Below, piece by piece: positions 49,726 through 60,373 of a stretch of DNA of 64,000 nt. Position 1 is the first letter of the stretch, and the number at the start of each line of letters is the position of its first letter. Made by a program: the position numbers and the translations under genes. The stretch lies in the NCBI GenBank assembly GCA_040220235.1, contig JAVJTO010000070.1, one strand, 5' to 3'. The DNA is from Coleofasciculus sp. B1-GNL1-01. GTDB lineage: Bacteria > Cyanobacteriota > Cyanobacteriia > Cyanobacteriales > Coleofasciculaceae. The notes under the pieces were generated by a model that did no database searches, had not been told where the DNA came from, and saw only the letters and a list, made by a program, of their open reading frames with translations.

Positions 49726-49779
49726 AGTAGATGCACCCTGATAATCTAGAGAGTTGCTTAGGTGACTCTCTTTTTTTTT
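49726..49779 (+). ncRNA. Candidate ~54-nt sRNA with NsiR1-like 5' segment
   Basis: AGTAGATGCACCCTGATAATCT, then a 10-bp stem AGAGAGTTGC-ttag-GTGACTCTCT and a T run; no ORF. Confidence 0.65.
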
Positions 49780-50133
49780 GTCCTTTGTCCTTGGCGAATC
49801 AGGACGAACCGATCTCGACATTCATTGAGTAGAGGGCGACCCGATCCAATTGAGTGGAATGGAGTTTTGAATTAGTCCAAGCGGGTCGCCCCTACACGGA
49901 ACAGGTGTTTTGGAGCATTCATCCATAACGGGCGCAATCATGGGAAATTCTTAACGTATTCGTCTCGCCGCGATCGCAAGTCGTCTCAGCTTGATCAAAC
50001 TGACGGTAATGCAGAGTCCAGTTAATCGCCAGTAGGTTAAAGCCGTGCTTTGGCGATCGCTTGTACACCACGCCAGATCAAACGTACTATCTGCGGAACG
50101 GTGCGGCGGCGGTGACGGTTTCGGTGAATCATA

Positions 50134-50481
50134 TTAGAGTTCTCCCAGTGCAGGTTGCAAATGCTGTAAGGCGGTGAGGAATTGTTGCTTTTTCTCCAAG
50201 GCTTGCAAGCCAGAACCTGTGATTTTGTAATAACGTCGGCGTGCGCCTGTGGTTTCCTCAGGCGCTTCATCACCCCAGCGAGAGGTAACAAATCCCCGCT
50301 TTTCTAGTTTTCGCAAGGTGGGGTAAAGAGAACTGAAGCCAATGGTGCGTGCACCTTTGCTGGCTTGCGCGATCGCACTCATAATCTCCAATCCATAGCG
50401 TTCTCGATACATCAGCGCATTCAGGATCGATTCTTCGATCAGCGTCAGATTCAGCGTGTCGTCTTTGTTGCGAGTGGACAT
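50134..50481 (-). CDS. PadR family transcriptional regulator
   Basis: YGLEI, SLYPTLRKLEKRG, RRRYYKITGSG. Confidence 0.92.
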   Translation of the reverse strand: MSTRNKDDTLNLTLIEESILNALMYRERYGLEIMSAIAQASKGARTIGFSSLYPTLRKLEKRGFVTSRWGDEAPEETTGARRRYYKITGSGLQALEKKQQFLTALQHLQPALGEL

Positions 50482-50619
50482 TGGGTCATCTCTACTATAT
50501 TCATAGTTTCATTGTATATTCAATTTTTGAATATAGGGGTGTGATCGCTCCGTTCGTTCGTAGTAGGCGCTGACCGCGCCTCTATAATAAATGGAATCAG
50601 CAACAGAAACGCGATCGCG

Positions 50620-51303
50620 ATGGCAATCACCACAGCCAAATGGACAATAGACGAGTATCACCGCATGATTGCGGCGGGGATTTTAGTGGATCGGCGAGTA
50701 GAACTACTTCAGGGAGAAATTGTCGAGATGTCACCAGAAGGAGAACCCCACGCCTACTTCAATAGTGAAGCTGGGGAATATCTAATGCGACAGTTAAGCG
50801 ATCGCGCGATGGTTCGGTTAGCTAAACCGATAAGCTGTTCGGCATTTAAACCTTAATATCAATAACGGCGAAAGCCTTGTAGTGCGTTAAGCGAAGCCAT
50901 GCCGCAGGCTTTGCATCTTGCTCGCTACTAATACCCAATTTAAATGCATGACAGCTTAACACTCCCAAACAACTCTGAACCTGAACCTGATATTGCCATT
51001 GTGCAATGATTGGGGCGTGAATACCTAGAACATCACCCTTATCCAGACAACATTTTATGGTTAATTGAATATTCAGAGTCCAGTTTAGAGAAAGATTTAG
51101 AGATAAAACGTAAAATTTATGCCCAAGTTGGTATTCCTGAATACTGGGTTGTTAATCTTAAAAGAAGACAACTGATTGTTTTGCGAGATCCCCAAGATGG
51201 GAAATACGCTTCCAGAGCTACGTTAACTGGAGGAATAATTTATCCCCTAGCGTTTCCTGATCTAAATATATCCGTTGATTCTATTGTCACTATTGATACT
51301 TAA
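50620..51303 (+). pseudogene. Uma2 family gene disrupted by MITE A and a nonsense codon
   Basis: Near-duplicate of 53679-54230; insertion at 50833-50956; CGA>TGA at 51007-51009. Confidence 0.92.
50833..50956. mobile_element. MITE family A, copy 3 (124 bp, TA target duplication)
   Basis: The empty site AACCGA-TA-ACACTCCC is present in the paralogue at ~53884-53899. Confidence 0.93.
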
Positions 51304-51364
51304 CTGTAGGGACGCAAAGCTGACGCCATGGTATAGTATTCTAAACTAGCATTGAGTTTTAGGG

Positions 51365-52012
51365 ATGAAACCCAAAACGCATAAAGGTCAATTAACGGTT
51401 TGGAAAGACGAAGGGGGGTTTGGCTTTATCAAACCCGATCATGGCGATCAAGACGTTTTTCTGCATATCAGTGGATTAAATAACCCTAATCGCCGTCCCC
51501 AAGTCGGTGACATTATCCGTTATCAAGTAACCGTTGCCAATAAAGGAAAACTTCGTGCTAGCAAGGCTGTCATCGAAGGAAAAGCATCTCCGCCTAGTCC
51601 CAAACAGTTAGCCAAAATTTCTCCTAAAAGAAAGCGATCGAAAAAGAGAACAAAATCATCTTCTCTAGTCTGGGAAGTTTTGTTTTTATCTCTATTTCCT
51701 CTTGGCGGCTCGATTCACTTGGCATCAATAACATCAAATTTAATTCCTCTCCTGTTGTATTTGATCATGAGTGGGTTAACCTTTGTCCTTTATGCTCACG
51801 ATAAGTCCCGTGCTAGAACCGGAGAATCGAGGATACCTGAGAAAACGTTACATTTGTGCGAACTAGCAGGTGGATGGTTAGGCGCATTCATTGCTCAACG
51901 CACCCTACGCCACAAAAGCAGCAAAAATTCTTACCAAGTCTTATTTTGGGCAATTGTGGCTTTTCATATCATGTTTTGGAGCGCTTGGCTGTTCAAACAT
52001 TTATTTAATTGA
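51365..52012 (+). CDS. Cold-shock domain + DUF1294 protein
   Basis: GFGFI...VFLHIS; DKSRA...RIPEKTLH...GGWLGA...RHKSSK. Confidence 0.92.
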   Translation: MKPKTHKGQLTVWKDEGGFGFIKPDHGDQDVFLHISGLNNPNRRPQVGDIIRYQVTVANKGKLRASKAVIEGKASPPSPKQLAKISPKRKRSKKRTKSSSLVWEVLFLSLFPLGGSIHLASITSNLIPLLLYLIMSGLTFVLYAHDKSRARTGESRIPEKTLHLCELAGGWLGAFIAQRTLRHKSSKNSYQVLFWAIVAFHIMFWSAWLFKHLFN

Positions 52013-52020
52013 GTGGAAAA

Positions 52021-52119
52021 ATGAGGTTAAAAAACTTTTGTGCTTGGGCAATTGCTCAACTTGATATTACTCAATATCCGGATTTGATGGAATTACAAAC
52101 AAAAATTGAGAACTTATAG
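52021..52119 (+). pseudogene. Orphan 3' fragment of the TOPRIM/DUF4435-like gene
   Basis: LKNFCAWAIAQLDITQYPDLMELQTKIENL matches the C-terminus encoded at 56456-56548. Confidence 0.85.
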
Positions 52120-52231
52120 CGTTGTCTTAATAGGGGACTCTTGGCTTCCGGGAACGACATCAATCATAATTTTCGCCCAGTCCAGGATTTTGCTAGACTT
52201 CAAATGACAGTTGGTATTTGTATCTCCAGCC

Positions 52232-53539
52232 ATGACAGCGACTCCAGTACCATCCCAATCCCTCAGCGCGATCGCCCAATCCACTCGCCAAGCCGCACGA
52301 CAGTTGGCGGTTATGTCCACTGATACCAAAAATCTAGCGATTGAAGCGATCGCCAAAGCCTTAGAAACCGCAGCACCGGATATCTTGGCGGCGAATATCG
52401 CAGATTGTCAAGCCGCAGAAGCGGAAAGTATCCCTAAACCCCTGTACAATCGCCTGAAGCTGGATGAGACGAAACTGAACGCCGCGATCGCGGGAGTGCG
52501 GGATGTGGGGAAGTTGACTGATCCCATTGGCGCAATCCAAATTCATCGGGAACTCGATGATGGATTAGTTCTCAAGCGTGTCACCTGTCCCCTGGGAGTC
52601 TTAGGCGTTATCTTTGAAGCACGTCCCGATGCGGTGATGCAAATTAGTTCCCTGGCGGTGAAATCGGGGAATGGGGTGATTCTTAAAGGAGGAAAGGAAG
52701 CGGTTCGATCCTGTGAAGCGATTGTTAACGCGATTCATAAAGGATTATCCACCAGTTCAGTTGATCCAGCGGTAGTGCAACTCTTAACCACGCGAGAGGA
52801 GACAATGGCGCTGTTGCAATTGGATGACTACATTGATTTAATTATTCCCCGAGGCTCAAATTCCTTTGTCCGCTTCGTTCAAGACAATACTCGGATTCCG
52901 GTATTGGGTCATGCTGATGGAATCTGTCATGGTTATATTGATCGGGCGGCTGACTTGCAAAAAGCCGTGGAGATTACCGTCGATGCGAAAACCCAGTATC
53001 CGGCGGTGTGTAATGCGATAGAGACGCTACTGGTACATCGGGCGATCGCGCCGAGTTTCCTTCCCCTAGCCGCAAAAGCCTTAAAAGAACGGCTGGTAGA
53101 ACTTCGTGGCGATGAAGCAACCTGTCAAATGATTGACTGTTCAGCCGCCACAGATGCGGATTGGTCTACAGAATACAATGATTTAACTCTGTCGATTAAA
53201 ATTGTTGATTCCTTAGAAGACGCCATTAACCATATCAATCATTATGGTTCTGGGCATACCGATGTTATTGTTACCGAAGATTCCGATATTGCCCAGATAT
53301 TCCTCAATCAAGTCGATGGCGCGAATGTGTTCCACAACTGTTCGACTCGGTTTGCGGATGGGTTCCGTTATGGGTTTGGCGCGGAAGTGGGAATTAGTAC
53401 AAATAAATTACCGCCTCGTGGTCCTGTGGGATTGGAGGGATTGGTGACATATAAGTATCAAATGACAGGTCAAGGTCAGGTTGTGGCGAGTTATAGTGGC
53501 AAGGATGCGAAATCCTTTACCCATCGGGATTTGGATTGA
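52232..53539 (+). CDS. proA: Glutamate-5-semialdehyde dehydrogenase
   Basis: [39 protein letters not shown]. Confidence 0.96.
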   Translation: MTATPVPSQSLSAIAQSTRQAARQLAVMSTDTKNLAIEAIAKALETAAPDILAANIADCQAAEAESIPKPLYNRLKLDETKLNAAIAGVRDVGKLTDPIGAIQIHRELDDGLVLKRVTCPLGVLGVIFEARPDAVMQISSLAVKSGNGVILKGGKEAVRSCEAIVNAIHKGLSTSSVDPAVVQLLTTREETMALLQLDDYIDLIIPRGSNSFVRFVQDNTRIPVLGHADGICHGYIDRAADLQKAVEITVDAKTQYPAVCNAIETLLVHRAIAPSFLPLAAKALKERLVELRGDEATCQMIDCSAATDADWSTEYNDLTLSIKIVDSLEDAINHINHYGSGHTDVIVTEDSDIAQIFLNQVDGANVFHNCSTRFADGFRYGFGAEVGISTNKLPPRGPVGLEGLVTYKYQMTGQGQVVASYSGKDAKSFTHRDLD

Positions 53540-53678
53540 AGAAAACCTAACAATAATTGGTGTTTCATCTTTTGTCTTCAAGTGTTGAATATAGAGGTGC
53601 GATCGCGCCATTCGTTCGTAGTTGCGCTTCAGCGCCTCTATAGTTAGCAATAAAGCCAGCCAAATAAACGCGATCGCA

Positions 53679-54230
53679 ATGGCAATCACCACAGCCAAAT
53701 GGACAATAGACGAGTATCATCGCATGATTGCGGCGGGGATTTTAGAGGATCGGCGTGTGGAACTACTCCAAGGAGAAATTGTCGAGATTTCACCAGAAGG
53801 AGAACCCCACGCCTACTTCAGTAGTGAAGCTGGGGAATATCTAATGCGGCGGTTAAGCGATCGCGCGATGGTTCGTTTAGCTAAACCGATAACACTCCCA
53901 AACAACTCTGAACCTGAACCCGATATCGCCATTGTGCAACGATTGGGGCGTGAATACCTAGACCATCACCCTTATCCAGACAACATTTTTTGGCTAATTG
54001 AGTATTCCGAGTCCAGTTTAGAGAAAGATTTAGAGATAAAACGTAAAATTTATGCCCAAGTTGGTATTTCTGAATACTGGGTCATTAATCTACAAAGAAG
54101 ACAACTGATTGTATTTCGAGATCCCCAAGATGGAGAATACGCTTCCCGATCTGCCTTAGCGGGAGGGATAATTTATCCCCTAGCGTTTCCTGATATAAGT
54201 ATATCCGTCGATTCTATTGTCAGTATGTAA
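53679..54230 (+). CDS. Uma2 family endonuclease-like protein (intact copy)
   Basis: WTIDEYHRM, EPEPDIAIV, LIEYS, KRKIYA, EYWVINL. Confidence 0.92.
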   Translation: MAITTAKWTIDEYHRMIAAGILEDRRVELLQGEIVEISPEGEPHAYFSSEAGEYLMRRLSDRAMVRLAKPITLPNNSEPEPDIAIVQRLGREYLDHHPYPDNIFWLIEYSESSLEKDLEIKRKIYAQVGISEYWVINLQRRQLIVFRDPQDGEYASRSALAGGIIYPLAFPDISISVDSIVSM

Positions 54231-54303
54231 ATAATGTATAACCTAGTTTTTTTGTGATAAATGTATCAAATCGAATTCGTAATGCTGTTCGAGATTTACA
54301 TTA

Positions 54304-54591
54304 CTTCAAGAAGAAGGACGCTATTCAATTCGTGAGGTATTTTATGAGCCAGATGGTACGATTGTCGCTTATAGTAAAGCACCTGTTGTTGTTGTTGGCG
54401 CTTCGCTGGAAGAATTGATCCAACTGGTCAAATGGTTTAAGGATGCATTCGACTTACCTGTGTTATCAATAGAAGAAGTAGATGCTCAAGTTGCAGAAAA
54501 ACCGACAGATGCCAAGTCAAAGCACGAGAACAATATTCCCTTAAACGATCTAATTGCCCAACTATCTACTGAGACTGAGTCAGGTGACTAA
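54304..54591 (+). pseudogene. 5'-truncated hypothetical gene
   Basis: Open 95-codon frame (LQEEGRYSIREVFYEPDG...GASLEEL...LPVLS) with no start codon between the upstream stop and this segment. Confidence 0.55.
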
Positions 54592-54617
54592 ACACGTAAA
54601 TAGTTAAATAATTTGCC

Positions 54618-55682
54618 ATGAAAGTTCAATCGGTCGAGTTAAAGTATTTCAAGAAATTCAGAAATCCGCCTGTATTTGATTTTACGGATTCGGAAACGGG
54701 TTTAGCACGAGATATTATTGTCCTAATTGGCATGAATGGTGCGGGTAAAACCAGTCTTTTACAGGCAATTGCGGCGACGCTAGGAGTAGCAACTGGACGA
54801 TTACAAAAACTTCCTGATTTAGATTGGGTAGGATTTAATTATGAACTGTTAGGAAATAACTGGGGTCGATTTGAGCCAGATGTAACTCTAAAGGTACAAT
54901 TTTCATCTGAAGAACTCCACGCTGTTCAGGAATTCCATCACAAGTTACACGAAATGGGTCGTCATTTACCCGTTACTCCAGCAGAGGATTACCTAGCAAC
55001 TTTGAAATGGCAAGGTGAGCGAGTCCAAGCAGATACGGCGCCTCAATTGTTTCAATTTAAAGGGCGAGATTATGCCAAACAACTGCGGCGATCTGAAGGG
55101 TTTCAGGTGTTTGAACGAGTGGGTACAGTATTCTGGTATACCGATCAAAGAACGTCAACAAGTTTAACCAGTGAAGATCCCGATCAAAAAATTGAAATAA
55201 CTGAAAACATTTTACGCGATCGCCTATCAAAATGGCGTCAGTTCCATCAAGATATTGAAATAGGTAGAATTAAGCAACTACGTCCAGGACAAAAAGATGT
55301 GTACGCTGAAATTGAACAAGTTTACCAGAAGGTTTTCCCCGAACGTAGTTTTGAAGGTCCGGTTCCCCGCGAAAATATTGATGATATCCTGAGTGAACCA
55401 TGGTTTTATCTCTACGATGGCAAAAACCAGTATGAAATTTCGGAACTCTCTGGCGGAGAACGGGCTATATTTCCCATGTTAATGGACTTTGCCAACTGGA
55501 ATATTCATAATTCAGTCATCTTGATTGATGAACTTGAATTACATTTACATCCGCCAATGCAACAAGCATTGCTGAGGACTTTGCCAAAGTTGGGTAAAAA
55601 TAATCAATTTATCATCACAACTCACTCTGATTATGTAGAGCAATTAGTCCCTGAAGCACATATTATCCGGTTAGAGGTGTAA
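54618..55682 (+). CDS. ABC-type ATPase (AAA_21-like; AriA-like)
   Basis: GMNGAGKT, LSGGE, LIDELELHLHP, ITTHS. Confidence 0.88.
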   Translation: MKVQSVELKYFKKFRNPPVFDFTDSETGLARDIIVLIGMNGAGKTSLLQAIAATLGVATGRLQKLPDLDWVGFNYELLGNNWGRFEPDVTLKVQFSSEELHAVQEFHHKLHEMGRHLPVTPAEDYLATLKWQGERVQADTAPQLFQFKGRDYAKQLRRSEGFQVFERVGTVFWYTDQRTSTSLTSEDPDQKIEITENILRDRLSKWRQFHQDIEIGRIKQLRPGQKDVYAEIEQVYQKVFPERSFEGPVPRENIDDILSEPWFYLYDGKNQYEISELSGGERAIFPMLMDFANWNIHNSVILIDELELHLHPPMQQALLRTLPKLGKNNQFIITTHSDYVEQLVPEAHIIRLEV

Positions 55683-55684
55683 CT

Positions 55685-56548
55685 TTGAGTGTCTCTGATA
55701 AGGTTATTTTCTGTGAGGGGAAACAAACCAGTTTAGATATCAAGCTTCTAGAGCGCATCTTAGCAGAACAACCAGGACAGAGACCAACAATTGTGTCGGC
55801 TGGTGGGAAGTTTACCTTTTCAGTTTTTGCTCAAGGTTATTTTTTTCCTGATGAAGCGATCAACCAACGATACATCATTTTTAGGGATAGAGATTTTGAT
55901 GTTCAACCAACCGCAAACGTTAAATTACTACAACTGGGACAACGCTGCTTTTTAACTCATCGTGCTTGTGTTGAAAATTATCTTTTAGATGCTGATTTAA
56001 TTCATAAGTATTGGCAGGCTAAGTTTACAGAGAAATCGGAAAATCCTTTATCCAAGTGGGGACATGGCGATTCACCGGGAATTGAGACAATTGCAGCATG
56101 GATTGACAGTGCAGCAAGGACGCTGACAGACTATCAAGCAGTAAGATGGGCATTGGCTGATGTAGCGAAGCCAAGTGTGGCGCGATCGCAGCTTGAAACA
56201 ACTTGGACAAAAGGTAGTGGTAACCTTCCAGCTTCTTTAGATTTACAACACTGTCAAGCTGAAGCCAAGAAACTCATTCAGACATTTAAAGAAGCTGTTG
56301 ATCAAGTCACCCAAGATAGATTTGAAGAAAGTCTCGTTATCTATCAGACTCAGTTTGACCAAGCTGAATTTTGGCAACAGAAACAGTATTTGATTTGGTT
56401 TCATGGTAAAGATTTGCAAAAAGCTATGCAGCGACAAGAATCTCAATACATTTCTTTAAAAAACTTTTTTAATTGGGCAATTGATCAACTTGATATTACT
56501 CAATATTCTGATTTGATGGAATTACAAACAGAAATTGAGAACTTATAA
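55685..56548 (+). CDS. TOPRIM/DUF4435-like nuclease (AriB-like)
   Basis: VIFCEG, RDRDFD, VENYLL and HGKDL motifs; TTG start 2 nt after the ATPase stop. Confidence 0.65.
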   Translation: MSVSDKVIFCEGKQTSLDIKLLERILAEQPGQRPTIVSAGGKFTFSVFAQGYFFPDEAINQRYIIFRDRDFDVQPTANVKLLQLGQRCFLTHRACVENYLLDADLIHKYWQAKFTEKSENPLSKWGHGDSPGIETIAAWIDSAARTLTDYQAVRWALADVAKPSVARSQLETTWTKGSGNLPASLDLQHCQAEAKKLIQTFKEAVDQVTQDRFEESLVIYQTQFDQAEFWQQKQYLIWFHGKDLQKAMQRQESQYISLKNFFNWAIDQLDITQYSDLMELQTEIENL

Positions 56549-56608
56549 GTAGATGGACACAATTAAACTTAACGGTAGAGACGTTCCAGGGAACGTCTCT
56601 ACACCAAC

Positions 56609-59239
56609 CTATTTTGTGGTACTCTTACGACTCTTCGAGGATTTCGAGGATTTCGAGGATTTTGAGGATTTTGATTTTTTGGAACGACTGCTGGATTTTT
56701 TCGCCGCCAATAGTTCCAAGGCTTTTTCTAGGGTAATCTCCTCAACCGATAAATCCTCCGGGAGTCCCGCATTGGTTTTACCATGTTTAACATACGTTCC
56801 ATAAGGACCCTCGTAGACATTGACGGGTTCTTTGTCCTCCGGATGTTCCCCTAATTCCTTTAAAGGAGTCTTAGACTTGCTGCGACTACCCCCTTTAGAT
56901 TTCTTCGGCTGAGACAAAATTTCCAATGCACGATCCATGGAAATTGTCAATACATCATCGTCTTTTTTCAGAGAACGATAATCTTTTCCCTCTTTCCCCT
57001 GGTTGTGGACAACATAAGGACCAAAACGTCCCAATCCCGCCTGAACTTTACCCCCAGTGGCGGGATGAACCCCTAAGGTACGGGGGAGGGCTAATAAACC
57101 CAGCGCCATGTCCAGAGTGACATCTTCCAGGTTCACCCCTTTGGGTAAAGACATCCGCTTCGGTTTCTTATTCTCCTCCGAGACTTCACCCAGTTGCACA
57201 TAAGGACCATAACTCCCGATTAACAGATAAATCGGTTCACCTGTTTCCGGATGCAGCCCCAATTTTTCCGGTCCTTGGGTTTTTTGCTTGAGGATTACCC
57301 CCACCTGTTCAGCATCCAGTTCCGAGGGGGTCAAATCTTGGGGAATGGACGCGGTGATGGAACCATCGCCATTTTCGGCTTCGATGTAGGGACCAAATTT
57401 ACCAATGCGAACTTTGACATCCAGATTTTCCAGTTCGATACTCCGGGCTTCGTTGGGATCAATTTGGTCTTCCCGTTCGCGAACTTGGGTTTCTAAGCCG
57501 TTGTCACCCCGATAAAATTTCTCCAGATAGGGTAGCCATTCGGCTTCTCCGGTGGAGATTTCGTCCAGGGTTTGTTCCATTTTGGCGGTAAAGCTGGTGT
57601 CTACCAAGTCAGGGAAATGTTTCTCTAATAAACTGGTGACGGCAAAGGCGGTGAAGGTGGGGATGAGGGTCTTTTTTTGCATTTGGGCATAGCCGCGATC
57701 GATAATTGTACCGATAATGCTGGCGTAGGTACTGGGACGCCCAATTCCTTCACTTTCTAGGGTTTTGACCAGGGAGGCTTCGGTGTAGCGCCCTGGGGGT
57801 TGGGTTTCATGACCGACGGCTTCTAACTCTTTGCACTCGGGATGATCTCCGACGGCTAAGGCGGGAAGGACGACTTCTTGGTCTTCTAAGGCGGCGTCAG
57901 GATCATCGGAACCCTCTACATACGCCCGCAGATAACCGGGAAAATCAATACGTTTACCTGTAGACCGAAATCCGGCATCTTCGACTTCCAAGTCTACGGT
58001 AATGTGGGTTTGGCGCGAATCTGCCATTTGGCTGGCGACGGTGCGCTTCCAAATTAACTCATACAGTTGTAATTCACGACCCGATAGTCCAGTATCTCTG
58101 GGGGTACGGAACGTATTTCCGGCGGGGCGAATCGCTTCGTGGGCTTCTTGGGCGGCTTTACTTTTGGTGCTGTACTGACGCGGTTTGGGGCTGAGGTATT
58201 GCTGACCATACATTTGTTCGACGCAACTCCGGGCTGCCGCGATCGCTTGTGCGGATAAATGCACCGAATCCGTCCGCATATAGGTAATATACCCCTGTTC
58301 ATACAAGTTTTGAGCCGTCCGCATCGTATCTCGCGCCGATAGGCTTAATTTGCGGTTGGCTTCCTGTTGCAGGGTGGAGGTGGTAAACGGGGGGGCGGGT
58401 TTGCGGGTGATGGGGCGTTCGTCTAGGTCAGTCACCGTCCAGGTTTTGTCTGTCAGCCGCGCCTGTAAGTCTCGCGCTTCGGCTTCATTCAGCAGCCGCA
58501 CAGTCCGCCCTTCAATAATTTGCCCGGTGTTGGCGTCGAAATCACTTCCGGTGGCTATTTTTGTCCCCGCTAGGGTGACAAGTTTGGATTCAAAGGGCGT
58601 ATTGTCTTGGTCTAAAAGGGCTTTTAAATCCCAATAACTCCCTTGACGGAACGCACGGCGTTGGCGTTCTCGATGCACCAGCAGCCGTACAGAAACGGAC
58701 TGAACCCGACCGGCTGATAATCCCCAGGCGATTTTTTTCCACAGTAGAGGCGAGAGGGTATAGCCCACCAATCGGTCTAAAATTCGGCGGGTTTCTTGGG
58801 CGTGTACCAGTTGGTCATCAATATCCCGACAGTTTTGCAGGGCGTCACGAATGGCTTCTTGGGTAATTTCATGAAAAACCATGCGTTTGCAGGGAATTTT
58901 GGGTTTGAGGACTTGCAACAAATGCCAACTAATGCTTTCCCCTTCCCGGTCTTCGTCTGTGGCGAGTACCAACTCTTCGGCGTTTTTCAAGGCGTCTTTG
59001 AGTTGTTTGACAACTTTCTTTTTATCCTTGGGGACAACGTAGATGGGTTCAAAATCTGCCTCTACATTGACCCCCAACTGCGCCCATTTTTCTCCCTTGA
59101 CGGCTTCGGGGATCTCACTAGCCGATTGAGGGAGGTCACGAATATGACCCATTGACGCTTCTACTTGATAGTCCGAAGGCAAGTAGTTACGAATGGTACG
59201 GGCTTTGGTGGGAGATTCGACGATGACGAGGGTGGTCAT
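56609..59239 (-). CDS. topA: DNA topoisomerase I
   Basis: [28 protein letters not shown]-terminal Topo_C repeats (GKFGPY/GRFGPY), Lys/Ser tail. Confidence 0.97.
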   Translation of the reverse strand: MTTLVIVESPTKARTIRNYLPSDYQVEASMGHIRDLPQSASEIPEAVKGEKWAQLGVNVEADFEPIYVVPKDKKKVVKQLKDALKNAEELVLATDEDREGESISWHLLQVLKPKIPCKRMVFHEITQEAIRDALQNCRDIDDQLVHAQETRRILDRLVGYTLSPLLWKKIAWGLSAGRVQSVSVRLLVHRERQRRAFRQGSYWDLKALLDQDNTPFESKLVTLAGTKIATGSDFDANTGQIIEGRTVRLLNEAEARDLQARLTDKTWTVTDLDERPITRKPAPPFTTSTLQQEANRKLSLSARDTMRTAQNLYEQGYITYMRTDSVHLSAQAIAAARSCVEQMYGQQYLSPKPRQYSTKSKAAQEAHEAIRPAGNTFRTPRDTGLSGRELQLYELIWKRTVASQMADSRQTHITVDLEVEDAGFRSTGKRIDFPGYLRAYVEGSDDPDAALEDQEVVLPALAVGDHPECKELEAVGHETQPPGRYTEASLVKTLESEGIGRPSTYASIIGTIIDRGYAQMQKKTLIPTFTAFAVTSLLEKHFPDLVDTSFTAKMEQTLDEISTGEAEWLPYLEKFYRGDNGLETQVREREDQIDPNEARSIELENLDVKVRIGKFGPYIEAENGDGSITASIPQDLTPSELDAEQVGVILKQKTQGPEKLGLHPETGEPIYLLIGSYGPYVQLGEVSEENKKPKRMSLPKGVNLEDVTLDMALGLLALPRTLGVHPATGGKVQAGLGRFGPYVVHNQGKEGKDYRSLKKDDDVLTISMDRALEILSQPKKSKGGSRSKSKTPLKELGEHPEDKEPVNVYEGPYGTYVKHGKTNAGLPEDLSVEEITLEKALELLAAKKSSSRSKKSKSSKSSKSSKSSKSRKSTTK

Positions 59240-59764
59240 GGGAGTCCTCAAAATAGCAGCCTAGCTGAACAGTCTAATCTAAGTCGTTTATGCAGGGTCT
59301 CAAGTCATTGATCCGTAATCCGGGCGTTTGAACCTTTCCCTTCGTTCAAGAGAACCGGGTGCGTGAGTGCGTAGGGGCGGGTTTAGGGACTTTCTTGTCG
59401 CTATTGATGGTAACAGTTGTACAAAACCTGCCCTGACCGATTCTTCACGTCGCTTAAGGACATGGTTTTGAGTGGGAGTGATGTTCATGGGTGTTGGCGT
59501 ATGCGGTGCATGATGGCTAGGTTAGGCGGTTGGTGCATCCCCAAAGTTGTAATTAGCAGGGCTATGCCAGGAATACAGTCCCAGTTAGTCCCATACTAAG
59601 CTACTGCTTTGGGTCGATCATTTATCCGATGTCTCTTCTTCTCTTATATATCCCATCTCAACGGTAACTGCACTTTTTCCAGAGGAAAGGTGGGGAGTTG
59701 GGGGAGATGGGGGAGATGAGGGAGATGAGGGAGAAAATGTAATACTGAACCAAGACTCTAGGTA

Positions 59765-59975
59765 GGGTTGGCTGCACAACTCCAAAACCCTTATCTATCA
59801 AGGCTTTGAGTAGCATGGACATTGGCTCATCTTCAAGAACATAATGTAAAACCCTTTCATACCCCTGCACCGCTATCAGGGAAAATGTATCATTGCTTCC
59901 CCTGCTTCCCCTGCTTCCCCTGCTTCCCCTGCTTCCCCTGCTCTCTACCCCACCACAAGACTTATTCAGCAGCCC
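59765..59975. mobile_element. MITE-like element with 7-bp flanking direct repeat
   Basis: CTAGGTA at 59758-59764 and 59976-59982; imperfect TIR GGGTTGGCTG/CAGCAGCCC; internal (TGCTTCCCC)x5. Confidence 0.6.
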
Positions 59976-60125
59976 CTAGGTAGGGAGCAAGATGCTCCCA
60001 CTACGAACATCTAATTGCCAAAAGGGTGATGATGATTGATTGTAAGAGGGGGATTAAAACCCAAGGGATATATTTTTTATATTCATCATAAATATGATGA
60101 TTATTGCTAATTTATAATAGGTTAC

Positions 60126-60356
60126 TCACTGTGCAAAACTAGCCACTTCTACAGGACGTTCAACCGCTAAGGATTTACGTTGGCGTTTAATCCGCTCAAT
60201 TTCGTGAAGGGTTTGTGCGGTAAAATAGCTCTCACCACAATCAGGGCAACTGAGGATTGGAATATTTTCGATCACGAGTAGGTCTTCACCCTTGCCGTAT
60301 GCCCTAGTAATCTGGCGGATGATTACATTTTCACTTCCACAAATATCGCACATCAT
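60126..60356 (-). CDS. YgiT/MqsA-type zinc finger protein
   Basis: CDIC...IENIP...CPDCGESY. Confidence 0.88.
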   Translation of the reverse strand: MMCDICGSENVIIRQITRAYGKGEDLLVIENIPILSCPDCGESYFTAQTLHEIERIKRQRKSLAVERPVEVASFAQ

Positions 60357-60373
60357 ATAGCATTTTCCCGTTT

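Noticed and set aside
56553..56804. ORF with FEDFED repeats
   Set aside because: Antisense shadow of the topA 9-bp repeat tail.
59300..59488. 62-aa ORF similar to the rep-protein repeat peptide
   Set aside because: The similarity comes from the shared REP DNA element; there is no sign of an independent gene.
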